This document shows positions 33,484 through 44,554 of a stretch of 64,000 bases of DNA, piece by piece. The DNA comes from a virus (taxonomy: Duplodnaviria > Heunggongvirae > Uroviricota > Caudoviricetes): the IMG/VR virus record IMGVR_UViG_3300028887_000002, positions 64,001 through 128,000 of that record, one strand, 5' to 3'. A model generated the notes under the pieces. It saw only the letters and a list, made by a program, of their open reading frames with translations, was not told the DNA's origin and ran no database searches. The stretch's first letter is position 1. Every line of letters starts with the position of its first letter. Both the position numbers and the translations under genes were made by a program.

Positions 33484-34626
33484 ATGCCAACATATGATTT
33501 GATAAGTAAAGTTACGATACCCAACAGCGGTGGTACTAATGTAACCTACGAAATAAAGGACGAATGGGCACGAAATGCTATAAGCGCACTTGGCGACGTG
33601 ATGGAATTTATCGGTGTTCCCACTACCCCTATCAGTGACGGTTCAACCACAAACCCAATAGTTATTGACGGTGTAAGCGTTACGGCTAAGAAGGGTGATG
33701 TTGTTCTTCAGAATAACAAGGAGTTTGTCTGGGATGGAACTGCTTGGCGTGAGTTCGGTGATATTGGTACTATTTCAGCCACAGACTATACCAATGTTAC
33801 AGTATATTCATCAAACACTTCGTGGGATGTTGGTAGTGGTAGCGGTGAGGTTGATATTACAGCCACTGGTGCCAATGTTCTTCCTGCCAATGCTACATTT
33901 ACTACGACAGTTACACCAACCTTGAAGAAATTGTCAACGGCAACGATTACAGGCGTTACGGGCAGTACAACTACGCATGATACCCCAACCCTTAATACAA
34001 CAAGTTATGCAGTTCAATCCATTGATAACTTTGGAACTGATGCAACGGTTGGTAGTGCTTCTGGGTGGAGTGCAGGTTCTTTCCCAACATTGGCTACAAG
34101 CGGAAGTGATAACAGTTCAAATGTTGCAACGGCAACTTGGAATGGTGGCCTTAGCGGTGCTTTGGATACAAACGATTCTGAAAATCTTATAATATCATAT
34201 AGCAACGGTAATAATATTTCGGGTACTGTTTCAAGTGCAACACACACAACCTATTCGTTGAGTGGCGGTTCGTTGCCTTCGTTAACTGTTACAAACACAA
34301 CGGTTGCTACAAAGGGCAACACTTCAACGAGGGTAATAGGTGCTCCATCAACTGGCGATACAGTTGCGTTGGGTACAAGCCTGACTGCTGGTTCTTCCGT
34401 TACGGTTCCCGTTGCCGATGTAAGTGCTACAACTGTTGCTACGGGTATAAGTAATGATGCTCCTGGTTCGGGTGAGACTGGCGTGGCAACTGGTATTACA
34501 AGCGCATCTACTACGGCTTCTGGAACAGTTGCTGTTATGACAGATATTAGCCATATCACATTACCACAGATTACATCAGCTGAAAGCGGTAGCGGACATA
34601 TGCACACAATTGGTCAGAGCAGTTAA
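33484..34626 (+). CDS. Ser/Thr/Gly-rich tail fibre-like protein
   Basis: N-terminal ISKVTIP..TYEIKD..AR; EFVWDGTAW.E.G; HMH end. Confidence 0.65.
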   Translation: MPTYDLISKVTIPNSGGTNVTYEIKDEWARNAISALGDVMEFIGVPTTPISDGSTTNPIVIDGVSVTAKKGDVVLQNNKEFVWDGTAWREFGDIGTISATDYTNVTVYSSNTSWDVGSGSGEVDITATGANVLPANATFTTTVTPTLKKLSTATITGVTGSTTTHDTPTLNTTSYAVQSIDNFGTDATVGSASGWSAGSFPTLATSGSDNSSNVATATWNGGLSGALDTNDSENLIISYSNGNNISGTVSSATHTTYSLSGGSLPSLTVTNTTVATKGNTSTRVIGAPSTGDTVALGTSLTAGSSVTVPVADVSATTVATGISNDAPGSGETGVATGITSASTTASGTVAVMTDISHITLPQITSAESGSGHMHTIGQSS

Positions 34627-34652
34627 TATCATTAACACAATTTTTATTGAAT

Positions 34653-34883
34653 ATGGCAGATATTAATAAAATAACAATACCAGACAGCAACGGTACGCCA
34701 CAGACGTATGACCTGAAGGATTCACGCATTGAGTTCAATGGCGCTTCGGGGGAGTTCTTGGCGAGTGACGGCACATGGCAGACACCCCCTGGTGGTGGAA
34801 GCACCTATACCGCAGGTGATGGAATTAATATAGATGCTAACAATGAAATTTCAACTAACAATATAATTTGGAGGACTTGGTAA
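34653..34883 (+). CDS. short fibre-module protein
   Basis: INKITIP..TYDLKD; FLASDGTW; TYTAGDGINI. Confidence 0.65.
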   Translation: MADINKITIPDSNGTPQTYDLKDSRIEFNGASGEFLASDGTWQTPPGGGSTYTAGDGINIDANNEISTNNIIWRTW

Positions 34884-35707
34884 TGGGACTATATGTTGGA
34901 AATACAAGAGTTTCGCCAGTAATTATGGCAACACCTATTTATAGAGGAAGTTATAATATAGTAACTGATTTGGGGTTGACTACTGACTCTTCACAATCAG
35001 ATATTATCACAGCATTAGAGAGTGAAATATCCACACCGCAATATGCAAATTATTGTTTCGTTGATATACCTTATGCCAACTATTCTGAAGTAAGCGGTTA
35101 TGATGAGTTTACCACTACTGATGATTATGTAGGCTATTATGTGTTGGTTAGTGATGTCTATACATTGGTAACTGCTGACAATAAAGATTCATTGAATATC
35201 ACAGCTGGTACTACCGTTGCATATTCAGTATCATATACAAGTTATTTTGAGAAGATACAGAGATATAGATACAACGGCAATAGTTGGGAATATGAATATG
35301 ATGTAGATTTTAGTGGTTATGCCACTGTCAATGCCGACAATTTCACTGATGCTGGAACAACATTTTTAAGTGGACTTGGAATGCCTGATTGGACACATTA
35401 TGATATTGTATCAGTTTTAGCTTCTGGTTCAAAATATACAGCACCTGCAAATGGCTGGTTCTTTGCATTTGGAAGAACATCCGCATTATCTGGGGCAAAT
35501 ATTAATATGTTTTATAGTGATAATTCCGTTTTTAACGCAAGAACTATTTCTTGGACTTATACAATTTCTTTTGTAGGGGTATATTTACCAGTTAAGACTG
35601 GTGATGAAATTCAAATAAACTATAGTGCATCTATTACATTTACAACATCGGGAGATGGAATTGTTTTCATTTATGCCGAAGGCAATCCAACACCGCCGCA
35701 ACCATAA
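34883..35707 (+). CDS. tail fibre / receptor-binding-like protein
   Basis: C-terminal YTAPANGW...LPVKTGD beta module. Confidence 0.65.
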   Translation: MGLYVGNTRVSPVIMATPIYRGSYNIVTDLGLTTDSSQSDIITALESEISTPQYANYCFVDIPYANYSEVSGYDEFTTTDDYVGYYVLVSDVYTLVTADNKDSLNITAGTTVAYSVSYTSYFEKIQRYRYNGNSWEYEYDVDFSGYATVNADNFTDAGTTFLSGLGMPDWTHYDIVSVLASGSKYTAPANGWFFAFGRTSALSGANINMFYSDNSVFNARTISWTYTISFVGVYLPVKTGDEIQINYSASITFTTSGDGIVFIYAEGNPTPPQP

Positions 35708-35749
35708 CTAATGTTCCATAATAACTAATTAAATAAATTTGATACGATT

Positions 35750-36139
35750 ATGTTAAAGATATACCAAAACGGCTTATTGAAGATAGTTAAAGATGAATGG
35801 ACAGAAACCGATGCCAAGTTCATCAAGAATGTTGAGATAGTGGAAGACAGCGAGCATACTATTGATGATTTCATTGTATGTGGTACTGAATATCTTTTAA
35901 AGACTGATGAACGTGCGATAGAATTTTATAAGAACTACACACGACAGATAAGGAACAGTTATCTTGAACAGTATGTTGATTCGGTTGTATCAAACCCATT
36001 GAGGTGGGCTGATATGACGGATGAACAGAAACAGCCATATATTGACTACAGAAGATACTTGTTGGACTTTACAGAACAAGATGGCTGGTGGTATATGATG
36101 CCAGTTACGCTGGAGGAGTGGAAAAATACTATTGAATAG
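35750..36139 (+). CDS. tail fibre assembly chaperone
   Basis: R..RN..L...D...PLRW..MT.EQKQ....YR..LLD. Confidence 0.75.
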   Translation: MLKIYQNGLLKIVKDEWTETDAKFIKNVEIVEDSEHTIDDFIVCGTEYLLKTDERAIEFYKNYTRQIRNSYLEQYVDSVVSNPLRWADMTDEQKQPYIDYRRYLLDFTEQDGWWYMMPVTLEEWKNTIE

Positions 36140-36175
36140 ACTATATTTATAACGCAAACTAAATTTTTGAATATT

Positions 36176-36844
36176 ATGGCTGTAAGATATGCTGTTGCAA
36201 CGGGCAATTGGAATACTGAATCAACTTGGAATAATGGAACTACCCTTGGTATCCCCACAAGTGGTGACGAGGTGTATTTGAACGGCTTTAATGTTACCGT
36301 AAGTACGACCAACATAACCTGCGGGACAATCCGTAACGACCTGTTTGCTGATACTGGGAATAGTGGGGGAAAATTGATAGTTTCTTCTTCAAGTAACACA
36401 ACAATATCATCAAACCTTATTGCTGAGAATACAATTGTAACATTGGATAACAACATTACCCTAACGGTTAATGGTGATATAACTTGCTTGCATTCGTCAG
36501 GTACTGCGGCAATTGCAAGGAGTGGGTCTGCAACAATAGTAATCAACGGCAACGTAACCTCTAACGGCGGGTATCTGTATTCTGCAACTGGTAACGATTC
36601 AACCTCAATAACTATCAACGGCAATATAACGATTAGTGGCGGTACATTATTGTCCTATGCTACGGCACCTACGGTGTTGTTAAATAATGGAACGATAACA
36701 TTGAACAGTGCGAACATAATAAACATAAGTGCCATCATAAATATTAATAGTTCTGTTCTTCCCCAGTCGGCAATTTCAAGGATGCAGAATGCCTTGACGG
36801 TTGATATTTTCCAGCAGATACTTGATGCACATTTGAATAATTAG
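36176..36844 (+). CDS. beta-helix-like hypothetical protein
   Basis: ATGNW...TW..G..P..GD.V; repeated I.INGN.T. Confidence 0.65.
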   Translation: MAVRYAVATGNWNTESTWNNGTTLGIPTSGDEVYLNGFNVTVSTTNITCGTIRNDLFADTGNSGGKLIVSSSSNTTISSNLIAENTIVTLDNNITLTVNGDITCLHSSGTAAIARSGSATIVINGNVTSNGGYLYSATGNDSTSITINGNITISGGTLLSYATAPTVLLNNGTITLNSANIINISAIININSSVLPQSAISRMQNALTVDIFQQILDAHLNN

Positions 36845-36861
36845 CAAAAATACATAAAATT

Positions 36862-37164
36862 ATGATTATCTTCAATTTGATAAAGGACAAGAGACCGAAC
36901 GGCAAGGTTGCGAAGTTCTATAATAATTATGAGAAGTTGAACTGGTTCGGAAAGATGATATGGCATATTGCATTTGTCAACTGGATTCCTATGGTGGCAT
37001 CATTGGGTTTCCTGTTGTTGGTAGGAATATTGTGGAACTTTGTTGAATGTGGAACATTGTTCTATATTGCCCTTGGTATTGTGGGCGTTGTATTTCTCCC
37101 GTGGATTATATATGGACTTGTTTCAATCATCAAGGAATGCAACGATGACGGAAGGACTTTGTAA
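36862..37164 (+). CDS. membrane protein
   Basis: Two or three hydrophobic helices. Confidence 0.65.
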   Translation: MIIFNLIKDKRPNGKVAKFYNNYEKLNWFGKMIWHIAFVNWIPMVASLGFLLLVGILWNFVECGTLFYIALGIVGVVFLPWIIYGLVSIIKECNDDGRTL

Positions 37165-37179
37165 TTTAGAAACTGAATT

Positions 37180-37551
37180 ATGCAACTGACGACTGTTTTC
37201 ATATTGATGCTATTGTTTGTTGTCGCCGATGCGATGCAGGATGGGATTACTCACGACTTTGAGGGAACTGTGTTCAGAAACCTAAATCCAAAGTTCTTTA
37301 ACCCTGACGTTTCGTGGGTGAACAAATATAAGGATGACAATCCACTGGAAGGGGAAAAGTTCTTTGGTAGCACAACCTTCCTTGTGTGGCTTACCGATTT
37401 TTGGCATCTGTTGAAGTTTATAAAGATGAACTGTGTGTGGATAGCATTATCCGTTGCAAGCGGTACTTGGTGGCTGTACTTTGTCGGTATGACATTTCAC
37501 GGGGTGGTATTTGAAGTCGCATATAGACTTATAAGAAGGAAAAAGAAATAG
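37180..37551 (+). CDS. membrane protein
   Basis: Hydrophobic; NKYK..GEKFFGSTTFLVWLTD.WH. Confidence 0.7.
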   Translation: MQLTTVFILMLLFVVADAMQDGITHDFEGTVFRNLNPKFFNPDVSWVNKYKDDNPLEGEKFFGSTTFLVWLTDFWHLLKFIKMNCVWIALSVASGTWWLYFVGMTFHGVVFEVAYRLIRRKKK

Positions 37552-37557
37552 AAACCT

Positions 37558-37680
37558 ATGTTAACCCCAATGCCGTTAAGTACTTTTCTTGCTGTGTTGT
37601 TCGTCGCAATAATTGGCGTTGTCGCGATTGAGGAATATTTCAAGGACAATGATGATAACAAGGGTGGGCAATGTGCCTAG
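37558..37680 (+). CDS. 40-aa single-helix membrane peptide (not in ORF track)
   Basis: MLTPMPLSTFLAVLFVAIIGVVAIEEYFKDNDDNKGGQCA*. Confidence 0.5.
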   Translation: MLTPMPLSTFLAVLFVAIIGVVAIEEYFKDNDDNKGGQCA

Positions 37681-37732
37681 TTCTTGTTTTTGCACTATTT
37701 TTAGTAGTGGTGAAAATGATGTGAAAATATAA

Positions 37733-38266
37733 GTGAAAATATTATCTTTCAATATGTTAACAGAAGAAATTGTTAAAGAAAAAATCAATAAAAGGATTAA
37801 CAAGGAATTAATAAACACTAAAAATTCCCAAAGGAAATATATTGAAATGAGTTCTATTGCATCAAATAATGGAAAGTCTCCTGAAGAAAGAAAAATAGCC
37901 ATGGCAATGCGATTTTCAAGTCCGTTTGAACTTTATAATATTATCAATGAATTGGATAAGCAACTTATTGAAGAATTTTCATCATTAGCCGAGGTTAATT
38001 CTATTGTGAAGAAATCACCGCTATACAAGATGATAATGTTGAGCGAGGAAGCAATCGCTTTGTTGAATAGTCCGAACGGCGAAAAATATGTAACGCCATA
38101 TATAGAATACGGGTTTACGAAGGAGAAAATGATAAAACGAATCAGGGGTGCATTAAAGATTGCATATAACAAGTTAGGGAAGATAATTGTTAAGTACAAG
38201 CAGGATTTTCTTATGGAATCAACGGCACGTAATATTTATTCGCCAATACATTATCTATTTGATTAA
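37733..38266 (+). pseudogene. internally deleted paralog of the C-terminal domain of 28761..30167
   Basis: NMLTEEIVKEKIN vs NMLNEEVIKKNIN; LKIAYNKLGKIIVKYK vs LKIAYKKIGKIIVRFK; the middle about 120 aa are missing. Confidence 0.55.
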
Positions 38267-38314
38267 AATTTCAAATTTCCCAACTATTTATTTAATAAAA
38301 AAATATTTTGACAA

Positions 38315-40180
38315 ATGGTTAACGGTATAACATACTTTAGGCTTGTATCGAACTACTATGAGGGCGATACTACGAAGAGGTCGGGTCTTGAAGGGTGTGA
38401 CATTGACAGGAACTTCTATTTTATTGAAGGAAAGACAATAAAGGAGGTTTTTGTTTCCGAGGACAGACGTGACCTGGTGATAAAACTTATGGACGGCACT
38501 GAAATAGTTGCCGAAAACGCATTCGGTTCAATATCTGACAACTTCTCATTCGATTTCGATGAGGAAACTGGTACTTTGACAATAAAGTATCTTGGCGAAA
38601 TTCTTGATGAACTTACTGGCTTTGTAAGCCGAGGCATAATGGAGGAATATGTTTCCGAAAGCAACAGTATCTACACTGACAATACACTTGTAGGCAACGG
38701 CAATATGAGAATGCCTCTTGGTATTCATCCGATGCACCGCACTGGTCTTTATCGTGCTGTTGACAGGTTTATAGATTCGCGTATAGGTGAAACATTGCCT
38801 TCCCCATCGGAAATCGGTGTAGGAGACAGGTTCCTGACCAACGAGGAATTCTCGACCTTCGGCATACTCTACAATTTTGACGGAGTAAAGAGATTGAAGG
38901 AACGTCTTGCAGAAGCGAATTCGCCTTGGAGGATTCCGACAAAGGAAGATTGGGATGATATGCTGAATGCAATTGAACCAGACCCAGAATATGCAAATCA
39001 CGATTCTTATTCGTGCAACAGGTACTTTGGGCAGATGGCTGGTGCAATATTGAGGCAGAACGGAATGTGGACGCTTGTGAATCCAGTTCCGAACATTCCA
39101 GTTGAACAGAATGTAAACAGTAACGATGAAGATGAGGATGGTATCGGCGGTGACTACAGCAACAGTCCGTATTGCCCTTCACCAATAAGCGACAACCCCG
39201 ATTTCCTCTGCTTGAACGACTATGGTTTTGACGCTTTGCCGTCTGGCTATTCAAACGACTCCAAGGACTTGGTTTATTTTTACGGGGACATTTACGGCGA
39301 CCCAGGCGAGGTTGTTGAACGGACTGGGTTCTGGACTTCAACTACAAGAAACGACAACAGTGCATACATCAAGCGTATTGACAATATGTCGGACAAGATA
39401 TATCAGGACATTGTTGACGGGTCGGACTATTACTCAATAAGGCTTGTAAAGGATTATACCTATGACAACTATTCCGAGAGTGAGGAAATCCTTGACGAGA
39501 CCTACACTACCTGCCTGATGCCTTCAAAGACCAGCGGTCATAAGGTTTGGACTTCGATGAATATTTCAATCGGCGTTGGAAAATGCAGGTGCTTCAGACC
39601 TTCAAAGTATGATGGTGTCAATGTGAGGTATTTTATTTGGGAATGGGACGGAGTTAAGTGGATGCGTAATGAACTCAGACGTGGCGAGGCTGTCTATATT
39701 GACCAGATGGATGAATATACCTATGTTTCTTTTGAACCGACTGACAGTGAGGTTCCAGAAATGGAATGGGAATGCTTCAATACAGTTGAGGAAATGCCAA
39801 AGGCAAGCGCAGTTTCTTCCGAATATGTTGCAGTTGGTAACTGCGTGTTTCAGTATCAGAAATTAAGCGGGACAGATTACCCCGAAGCAGTTGAAGTTTC
39901 AGATATTCCCGACCCGATTACTATTGATTCTCCACGATATATCAAGATATTTGTAAGTGAAGGTACTTTGTGCTATTACAAGTACTTCGAAAAGGTTCTC
40001 ATTGAAGCCGATGAATATTACAAGAAGGAAACCACTACAACCTTTGACAGCGGTATCTACCTGTTGAAGAAGGTTAAGGTTGGCGACAAGTACACTATGG
40101 AACTCATACTAATCACTGGCGGTGGAACTGGAACCGACAAGACGTTCGAAGATATTCCTTCCGACTGGATGGGTAACTAA
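38315..40180 (+). CDS. virion protein with FISUMP (Fibrobacter succinogenes major paralogous)-like domain
   Basis: WRIPTKEDW, NDYGFDALPSGY, FWTST, YSIRLVKD; late motif at 38285. Confidence 0.75.
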   Translation: MVNGITYFRLVSNYYEGDTTKRSGLEGCDIDRNFYFIEGKTIKEVFVSEDRRDLVIKLMDGTEIVAENAFGSISDNFSFDFDEETGTLTIKYLGEILDELTGFVSRGIMEEYVSESNSIYTDNTLVGNGNMRMPLGIHPMHRTGLYRAVDRFIDSRIGETLPSPSEIGVGDRFLTNEEFSTFGILYNFDGVKRLKERLAEANSPWRIPTKEDWDDMLNAIEPDPEYANHDSYSCNRYFGQMAGAILRQNGMWTLVNPVPNIPVEQNVNSNDEDEDGIGGDYSNSPYCPSPISDNPDFLCLNDYGFDALPSGYSNDSKDLVYFYGDIYGDPGEVVERTGFWTSTTRNDNSAYIKRIDNMSDKIYQDIVDGSDYYSIRLVKDYTYDNYSESEEILDETYTTCLMPSKTSGHKVWTSMNISIGVGKCRCFRPSKYDGVNVRYFIWEWDGVKWMRNELRRGEAVYIDQMDEYTYVSFEPTDSEVPEMEWECFNTVEEMPKASAVSSEYVAVGNCVFQYQKLSGTDYPEAVEVSDIPDPITIDSPRYIKIFVSEGTLCYYKYFEKVLIEADEYYKKETTTTFDSGIYLLKKVKVGDKYTMELILITGGGTGTDKTFEDIPSDWMGN

Positions 40181-40280
40181 TTGAAGAGACATTTGGTTCA
40201 GGCAGGAAGATTTTTCTTGCTTGAACTTTTTTAAGAAGAAACATTGAAAATAATTTGAAATACCAAAATTTGAAAAACAT

Positions 40281-43271
40281 ATGAACGGCATAACATACTA
40301 CCAGACACGTTCGCCTTACAGGGGTGACTTTACCAAGAACTGTAGCCTTAATGGTTTTGAGATAGATTCCAACTTCCTCAACCTTGAGGGTAGGGATATA
40401 AGACGTATGTATACGAGGGGTTGTACCTTGTATGCTGAACTGTATAACGGCGAAACCATCAGCACGACAATTGATTCCTGCGGGGGCGGAAGTGGTAGCG
40501 GTTCGTGCGACTGTGAAAGGGAAATTAACTATCTGGAAGGTGAACGGGATGTTGTTGTAAGATATAACTATTCAATTGATGGTATTGGTAACTTTGATAT
40601 ATCAGTCGAATGCAGGCTTACCATAAGCGGATTAACAGATATTGGTGAAGCGTCATCGTCCCAAATAAACAATTTAACCTTCACACCACTTGGGGAGGAA
40701 GAGCCATATAATAGTTTTGAAATTAGCGGAACATATAATAATATACCAATACATATATATACAAGAGGTGCTTTGCTTACTCAGGGTATATTTAGTGATA
40801 GCCAATTTCAAACAAGAATCGGTACTTGTGATGTAATGGTAATCCGAGGTACATATAGTGGGGCTTTAAACGCAGATAAGGAAAATATATTTAGGTTTCC
40901 AATACTTGACATTGATGGAAGTGGTGAAGAATTAGTCTTTAATGAAAATAGTAGATTTACTTACTCCGACAATGATTTTGAAATAATGTCTTCAACTTCA
41001 AACTACATAATAATAGCACTATCCGACCGTATTGGGAATGTTATTAATACTTGTTATTTAATGGAAGACGGTCATTTCCAAATCAGTATTTTTTGGTTAC
41101 CACAGGAGGTAGACCTTATGACCTCTATTACCTGGTCGGAATTAAAGTCACTTAGGGATAACTCGCAACTTATCCCTGGGATGCAATATAGGATAATAGA
41201 TTATGACTGCACAACAGTACAGGAAGACACTGATTCTGCACATCATCCGTTCGATATTATAGTGTTTGCTGATGATGAACATACATTGAATGAGAATGCA
41301 AGGGCATGTAAAAGTGAAAGTGATTATCCATCATTAATAATTGAACGAAGTAATGGAGTGCAAGTACTTCTTAAATATAGTCAAATGTATACCTATGATG
41401 GTATAGAATATGCTTTATTAAGTGATGATGGTAGTGTCGGGTTTGCTTGTCTGTATAAATATGGTAATTTCTATTTTATAATCCAAATAGAACCCGAAGG
41501 CGCTCAATTGGTTGATTTTGAAACTTTTAAAGAACGGTTTAATACTGAATTTCCCCAAGCGCCACAGATTGTTAGTATGGATATAATTAATAGTTATTTT
41601 TCAAATTCCAACCTGAATGCATGGGAGTTAAAATACTGCTTGGACAATGATACCAATAGGTTTGGGTGGGCGGCCAAAATGAATGCAACTATAATATTTG
41701 AGAGTAAATACATGTATAATAATAATGGTTATACTATTGTATTAGGACTTAAATTTATTAAAATGGAAACTATTAATGATGAAGATTATTTTGTTTTCCA
41801 ATATGATGATTCTATTGTGACTCCAATCGTACAAACACCATTTTATATTAGCGGTTCAGGTGCATATAATATTGAAAAGTTATATTATAAGACACAAAAC
41901 TTATCTGATTCGCCATTTGATGAATATGGTCATTTGTTACAAGGGAAACTCTTTATTTATGATGAAACTACTACTGATAGTATGATAGATATTTTAAGTA
42001 TAATTGATGCAGGTAGTTTTTTTGAGGGGAGATATATTGCGGATACCAACGAAGGTAAAGGTGTAATATATTATATGAAAGATGAGTGGAATAATGAATG
42101 CCCTTATGATTTTAAGAACATTCAGTTTAAACGGCATTATCTTACTGATGAACTTAGTGTTTTAAATGGATTTATTTCATTTGATGGGAATGTACCAGAA
42201 AACATAAGTAGTTTAAATATACCTATATCAACAAGTGCAAGTTATATTGATTTGGATAGTGAACAATACCCGTATTCTACTCATAATCCATATTATAGTA
42301 CGGGTAATACCATAATAATACAATCACAATTATATTATAATTGGTCCTATTCTGAAGGTGGTAATGAATTCTCGGTTTACACTGAAAATGAAATACCTAC
42401 TGCTGGTGATAAGGTATACAACCATAGTGGTACTGAAATTGGCGAAGTTAAAGGCTATACACCTGCAACATCGGTCTATAGATTTGAAGTTGATAAAAAT
42501 GAATCATACTTGTATACTTTCGATATATTTGTGAATGATGTACATTATGACAAGTCCGTTTATAACAATAATATTCTTTATTGTTCCAATAATATATTAG
42601 GATTATTAAATAACGGTAATAGTTTGCCTATACTTCAAATTCTTAACAATACAGTTTTTTCAACATTCTCAGAAACAAAATATGTTGTTGGAAACAAATT
42701 TGGAGTTGCAAACAAAGACAATACATTTTCACAAGAAACTGTTGAAAATAATTTTGGTGATAACTGTATTGGAAATATTGTATTTGTTACTAGGTTTAAC
42801 ACTTTCGGGGATAATTTCAATAATAATGTTATAGGCCGTTCTGATGGTTTTAATAGTAATATCATAGGTAATGATTTCAGTGAAAATCTTATTATGGTAA
42901 ATGAGGATAATGGAAAAACTTTTTTCCTAATGAATGTATTTGGCAATAGTGTGTATCAAAATACATTCGGGAACGATGTTTGCAATAACACATTCGGGAA
43001 CAGTGTGTACCAAAATACATTCGGGAACTGTGTACGGCAACTTACTGTTTTTGATGGTGTTACTTATGTATCGGTTACTGGAGGAAGTTCGGCAAATTCG
43101 TATATTCAAAATGCTCAAATTCTCAACGGAACATGTGGGTCTGGAACTGGTACTGATGCTTATTTACCAATAGATTTTGCACCGAACTTATCTTGTACGC
43201 AAATCGCTGGACTTGATAGTAATGATGTTTTACGGATTTGGAAACCAGCGGATTTGATACCAGCACCATAA
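40281..43271 (+). CDS. large tail fibre/adhesin-like protein with NTFGN beta-helix repeats
   Basis: N-terminus shared with 38315; ITWSELKSLRD..LIPG.QYRIIDY; GVIYYMKDEWNNECPYDFKN; N.FGN repeats. Confidence 0.75.
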   Translation: MNGITYYQTRSPYRGDFTKNCSLNGFEIDSNFLNLEGRDIRRMYTRGCTLYAELYNGETISTTIDSCGGGSGSGSCDCEREINYLEGERDVVVRYNYSIDGIGNFDISVECRLTISGLTDIGEASSSQINNLTFTPLGEEEPYNSFEISGTYNNIPIHIYTRGALLTQGIFSDSQFQTRIGTCDVMVIRGTYSGALNADKENIFRFPILDIDGSGEELVFNENSRFTYSDNDFEIMSSTSNYIIIALSDRIGNVINTCYLMEDGHFQISIFWLPQEVDLMTSITWSELKSLRDNSQLIPGMQYRIIDYDCTTVQEDTDSAHHPFDIIVFADDEHTLNENARACKSESDYPSLIIERSNGVQVLLKYSQMYTYDGIEYALLSDDGSVGFACLYKYGNFYFIIQIEPEGAQLVDFETFKERFNTEFPQAPQIVSMDIINSYFSNSNLNAWELKYCLDNDTNRFGWAAKMNATIIFESKYMYNNNGYTIVLGLKFIKMETINDEDYFVFQYDDSIVTPIVQTPFYISGSGAYNIEKLYYKTQNLSDSPFDEYGHLLQGKLFIYDETTTDSMIDILSIIDAGSFFEGRYIADTNEGKGVIYYMKDEWNNECPYDFKNIQFKRHYLTDELSVLNGFISFDGNVPENISSLNIPISTSASYIDLDSEQYPYSTHNPYYSTGNTIIIQSQLYYNWSYSEGGNEFSVYTENEIPTAGDKVYNHSGTEIGEVKGYTPATSVYRFEVDKNESYLYTFDIFVNDVHYDKSVYNNNILYCSNNILGLLNNGNSLPILQILNNTVFSTFSETKYVVGNKFGVANKDNTFSQETVENNFGDNCIGNIVFVTRFNTFGDNFNNNVIGRSDGFNSNIIGNDFSENLIMVNEDNGKTFFLMNVFGNSVYQNTFGNDVCNNTFGNSVYQNTFGNCVRQLTVFDGVTYVSVTGGSSANSYIQNAQILNGTCGSGTGTDAYLPIDFAPNLSCTQIAGLDSNDVLRIWKPADLIPAP

Positions 43272-43276
43272 ATATT

Positions 43277-43510
43277 TTATGTGTTAGTTTTTCGCTTTTT
43301 TGACCTGACTGAAATCTCCAATTCCTTGTTAAGTAGCATATCAAAAATTTGATGTTCACCTTCCAAATTCACGGAGGTTATGGTAATTGAAAGGATTTCT
43401 GGGTTCTTGCCGTTCATATTGTATATTTCGGTGGATTTTATAGTCCCATCGTCATTACAATGCAATAGTTCATTTGTCAGTCCTCTAAATTCTATAGTTT
43501 GCCCTTCCAT
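43277..43510 (-). CDS. hypothetical protein
   Basis: 77 aa, TAATG coupling. Confidence 0.65.
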   Translation of the reverse strand: MEGQTIEFRGLTNELLHCNDDGTIKSTEIYNMNGKNPEILSITITSVNLEGEHQIFDMLLNKELEISVRSKKRKTNT

Positions 43511-44298
43511 TAGTCGTTCAAACTCCTTACCTCGTATATTGTAAGCAACGGGTTTCCTTCAATGGTTGAAATGAAGGTATCGTAATAGTTCTTAACCCAT
43601 TCCTTGTCGCTTATATTGTAGTTCAACTCGTGGTATTCGCCGTACTTGTCAATAACCCCGTAAGTCCAGAAACTGCATGAATGTAAAACATAATCCTCCT
43701 TGCTGTCAAAGTTTACAAAATATGAAGACCTGTTAATCATATTGTCGCGCAACTTGACTTCATAGTCAGTCTTGGGTTCTCTGCCTTCAACACATAGTTC
43801 CCATACTGTTTCATATACATTCCGTCCGTAAAGGTGGTTCTTTGGCCAATCTATATCATTGAACCTTGCGGAATATGATTTACTTCCATCCTTCAATTTG
43901 AAAGGTGAACTGAATTCAGCCTCAGTGCCTTCCTTTATTAATCTGTCCTGGTAACATTTGGGGCTTCGATAAAAAGCCTGCGGGTTACTGGTGGTATAAG
44001 CATTGTGGTTTTCATCATATTCACATCCTTCGGTGAGGTAGTCGAAATATTCGGCGTCACTCATATCAGTCAATACTTGATAAAGTTTTCCGTAACGTTC
44101 AAGTTGGACTTCCGTAAGTTTCAAAACCTTTGAATCAAGGATATCCTTTATCAGGGCTACGTGATGGTTATGTAGTGACTTAGCCATATCAAATGGATAT
44201 AGCATATATTTATCAACAGGATGCTCAAGATTGTATTTCTGTATAAGTTCCTCGTGGCAGTCTCCTATTACGAGGACGGTTCTCATTACGCTTCTCAT
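43510..44298 (-). CDS. hypothetical protein
   Basis: 262 aa ORF. Confidence 0.8.
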   Translation of the reverse strand: MRSVMRTVLVIGDCHEELIQKYNLEHPVDKYMLYPFDMAKSLHNHHVALIKDILDSKVLKLTEVQLERYGKLYQVLTDMSDAEYFDYLTEGCEYDENHNAYTTSNPQAFYRSPKCYQDRLIKEGTEAEFSSPFKLKDGSKSYSARFNDIDWPKNHLYGRNVYETVWELCVEGREPKTDYEVKLRDNMINRSSYFVNFDSKEDYVLHSCSFWTYGVIDKYGEYHELNYNISDKEWVKNYYDTFISTIEGNPLLTIYEVRSLND

Positions 44299-44304
44299 AA
44301 TTCA

Positions 44305-44535
44305 CTAATAGATTTTTCCAACGTTAGTTCTGAATGGGATTTCCTTTAAATAGTGCGGTTTTTCCAATTCACTCTTTATAAAATCCGAAAAGAATTCATA
44401 TAACCATGGTTCCACTGGTACACAGTTGAACAGTATTCTATTGTCAATGATACAGATTTCAGCATTTGCAGGTATTTCACCCATCTTGCACGAAAATGGC
44501 CTTACAAATACAAAGTTATGTGCGTTAGTTGTCAT
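44305..44535 (-). CDS. hypothetical protein
   Basis: 76 aa, operon context. Confidence 0.65.
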   Translation of the reverse strand: MTTNAHNFVFVRPFSCKMGEIPANAEICIIDNRILFNCVPVEPWLYEFFSDFIKSELEKPHYLKEIPFRTNVGKIY

Positions 44536-44554
44536 AGTTCAAATTAAATTTCTG

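Noticed and set aside
40281-43271. Diversity-generating retroelement target
   Set aside because: No reverse transcriptase and no TR/VR pair differing at adenines was seen in this window.
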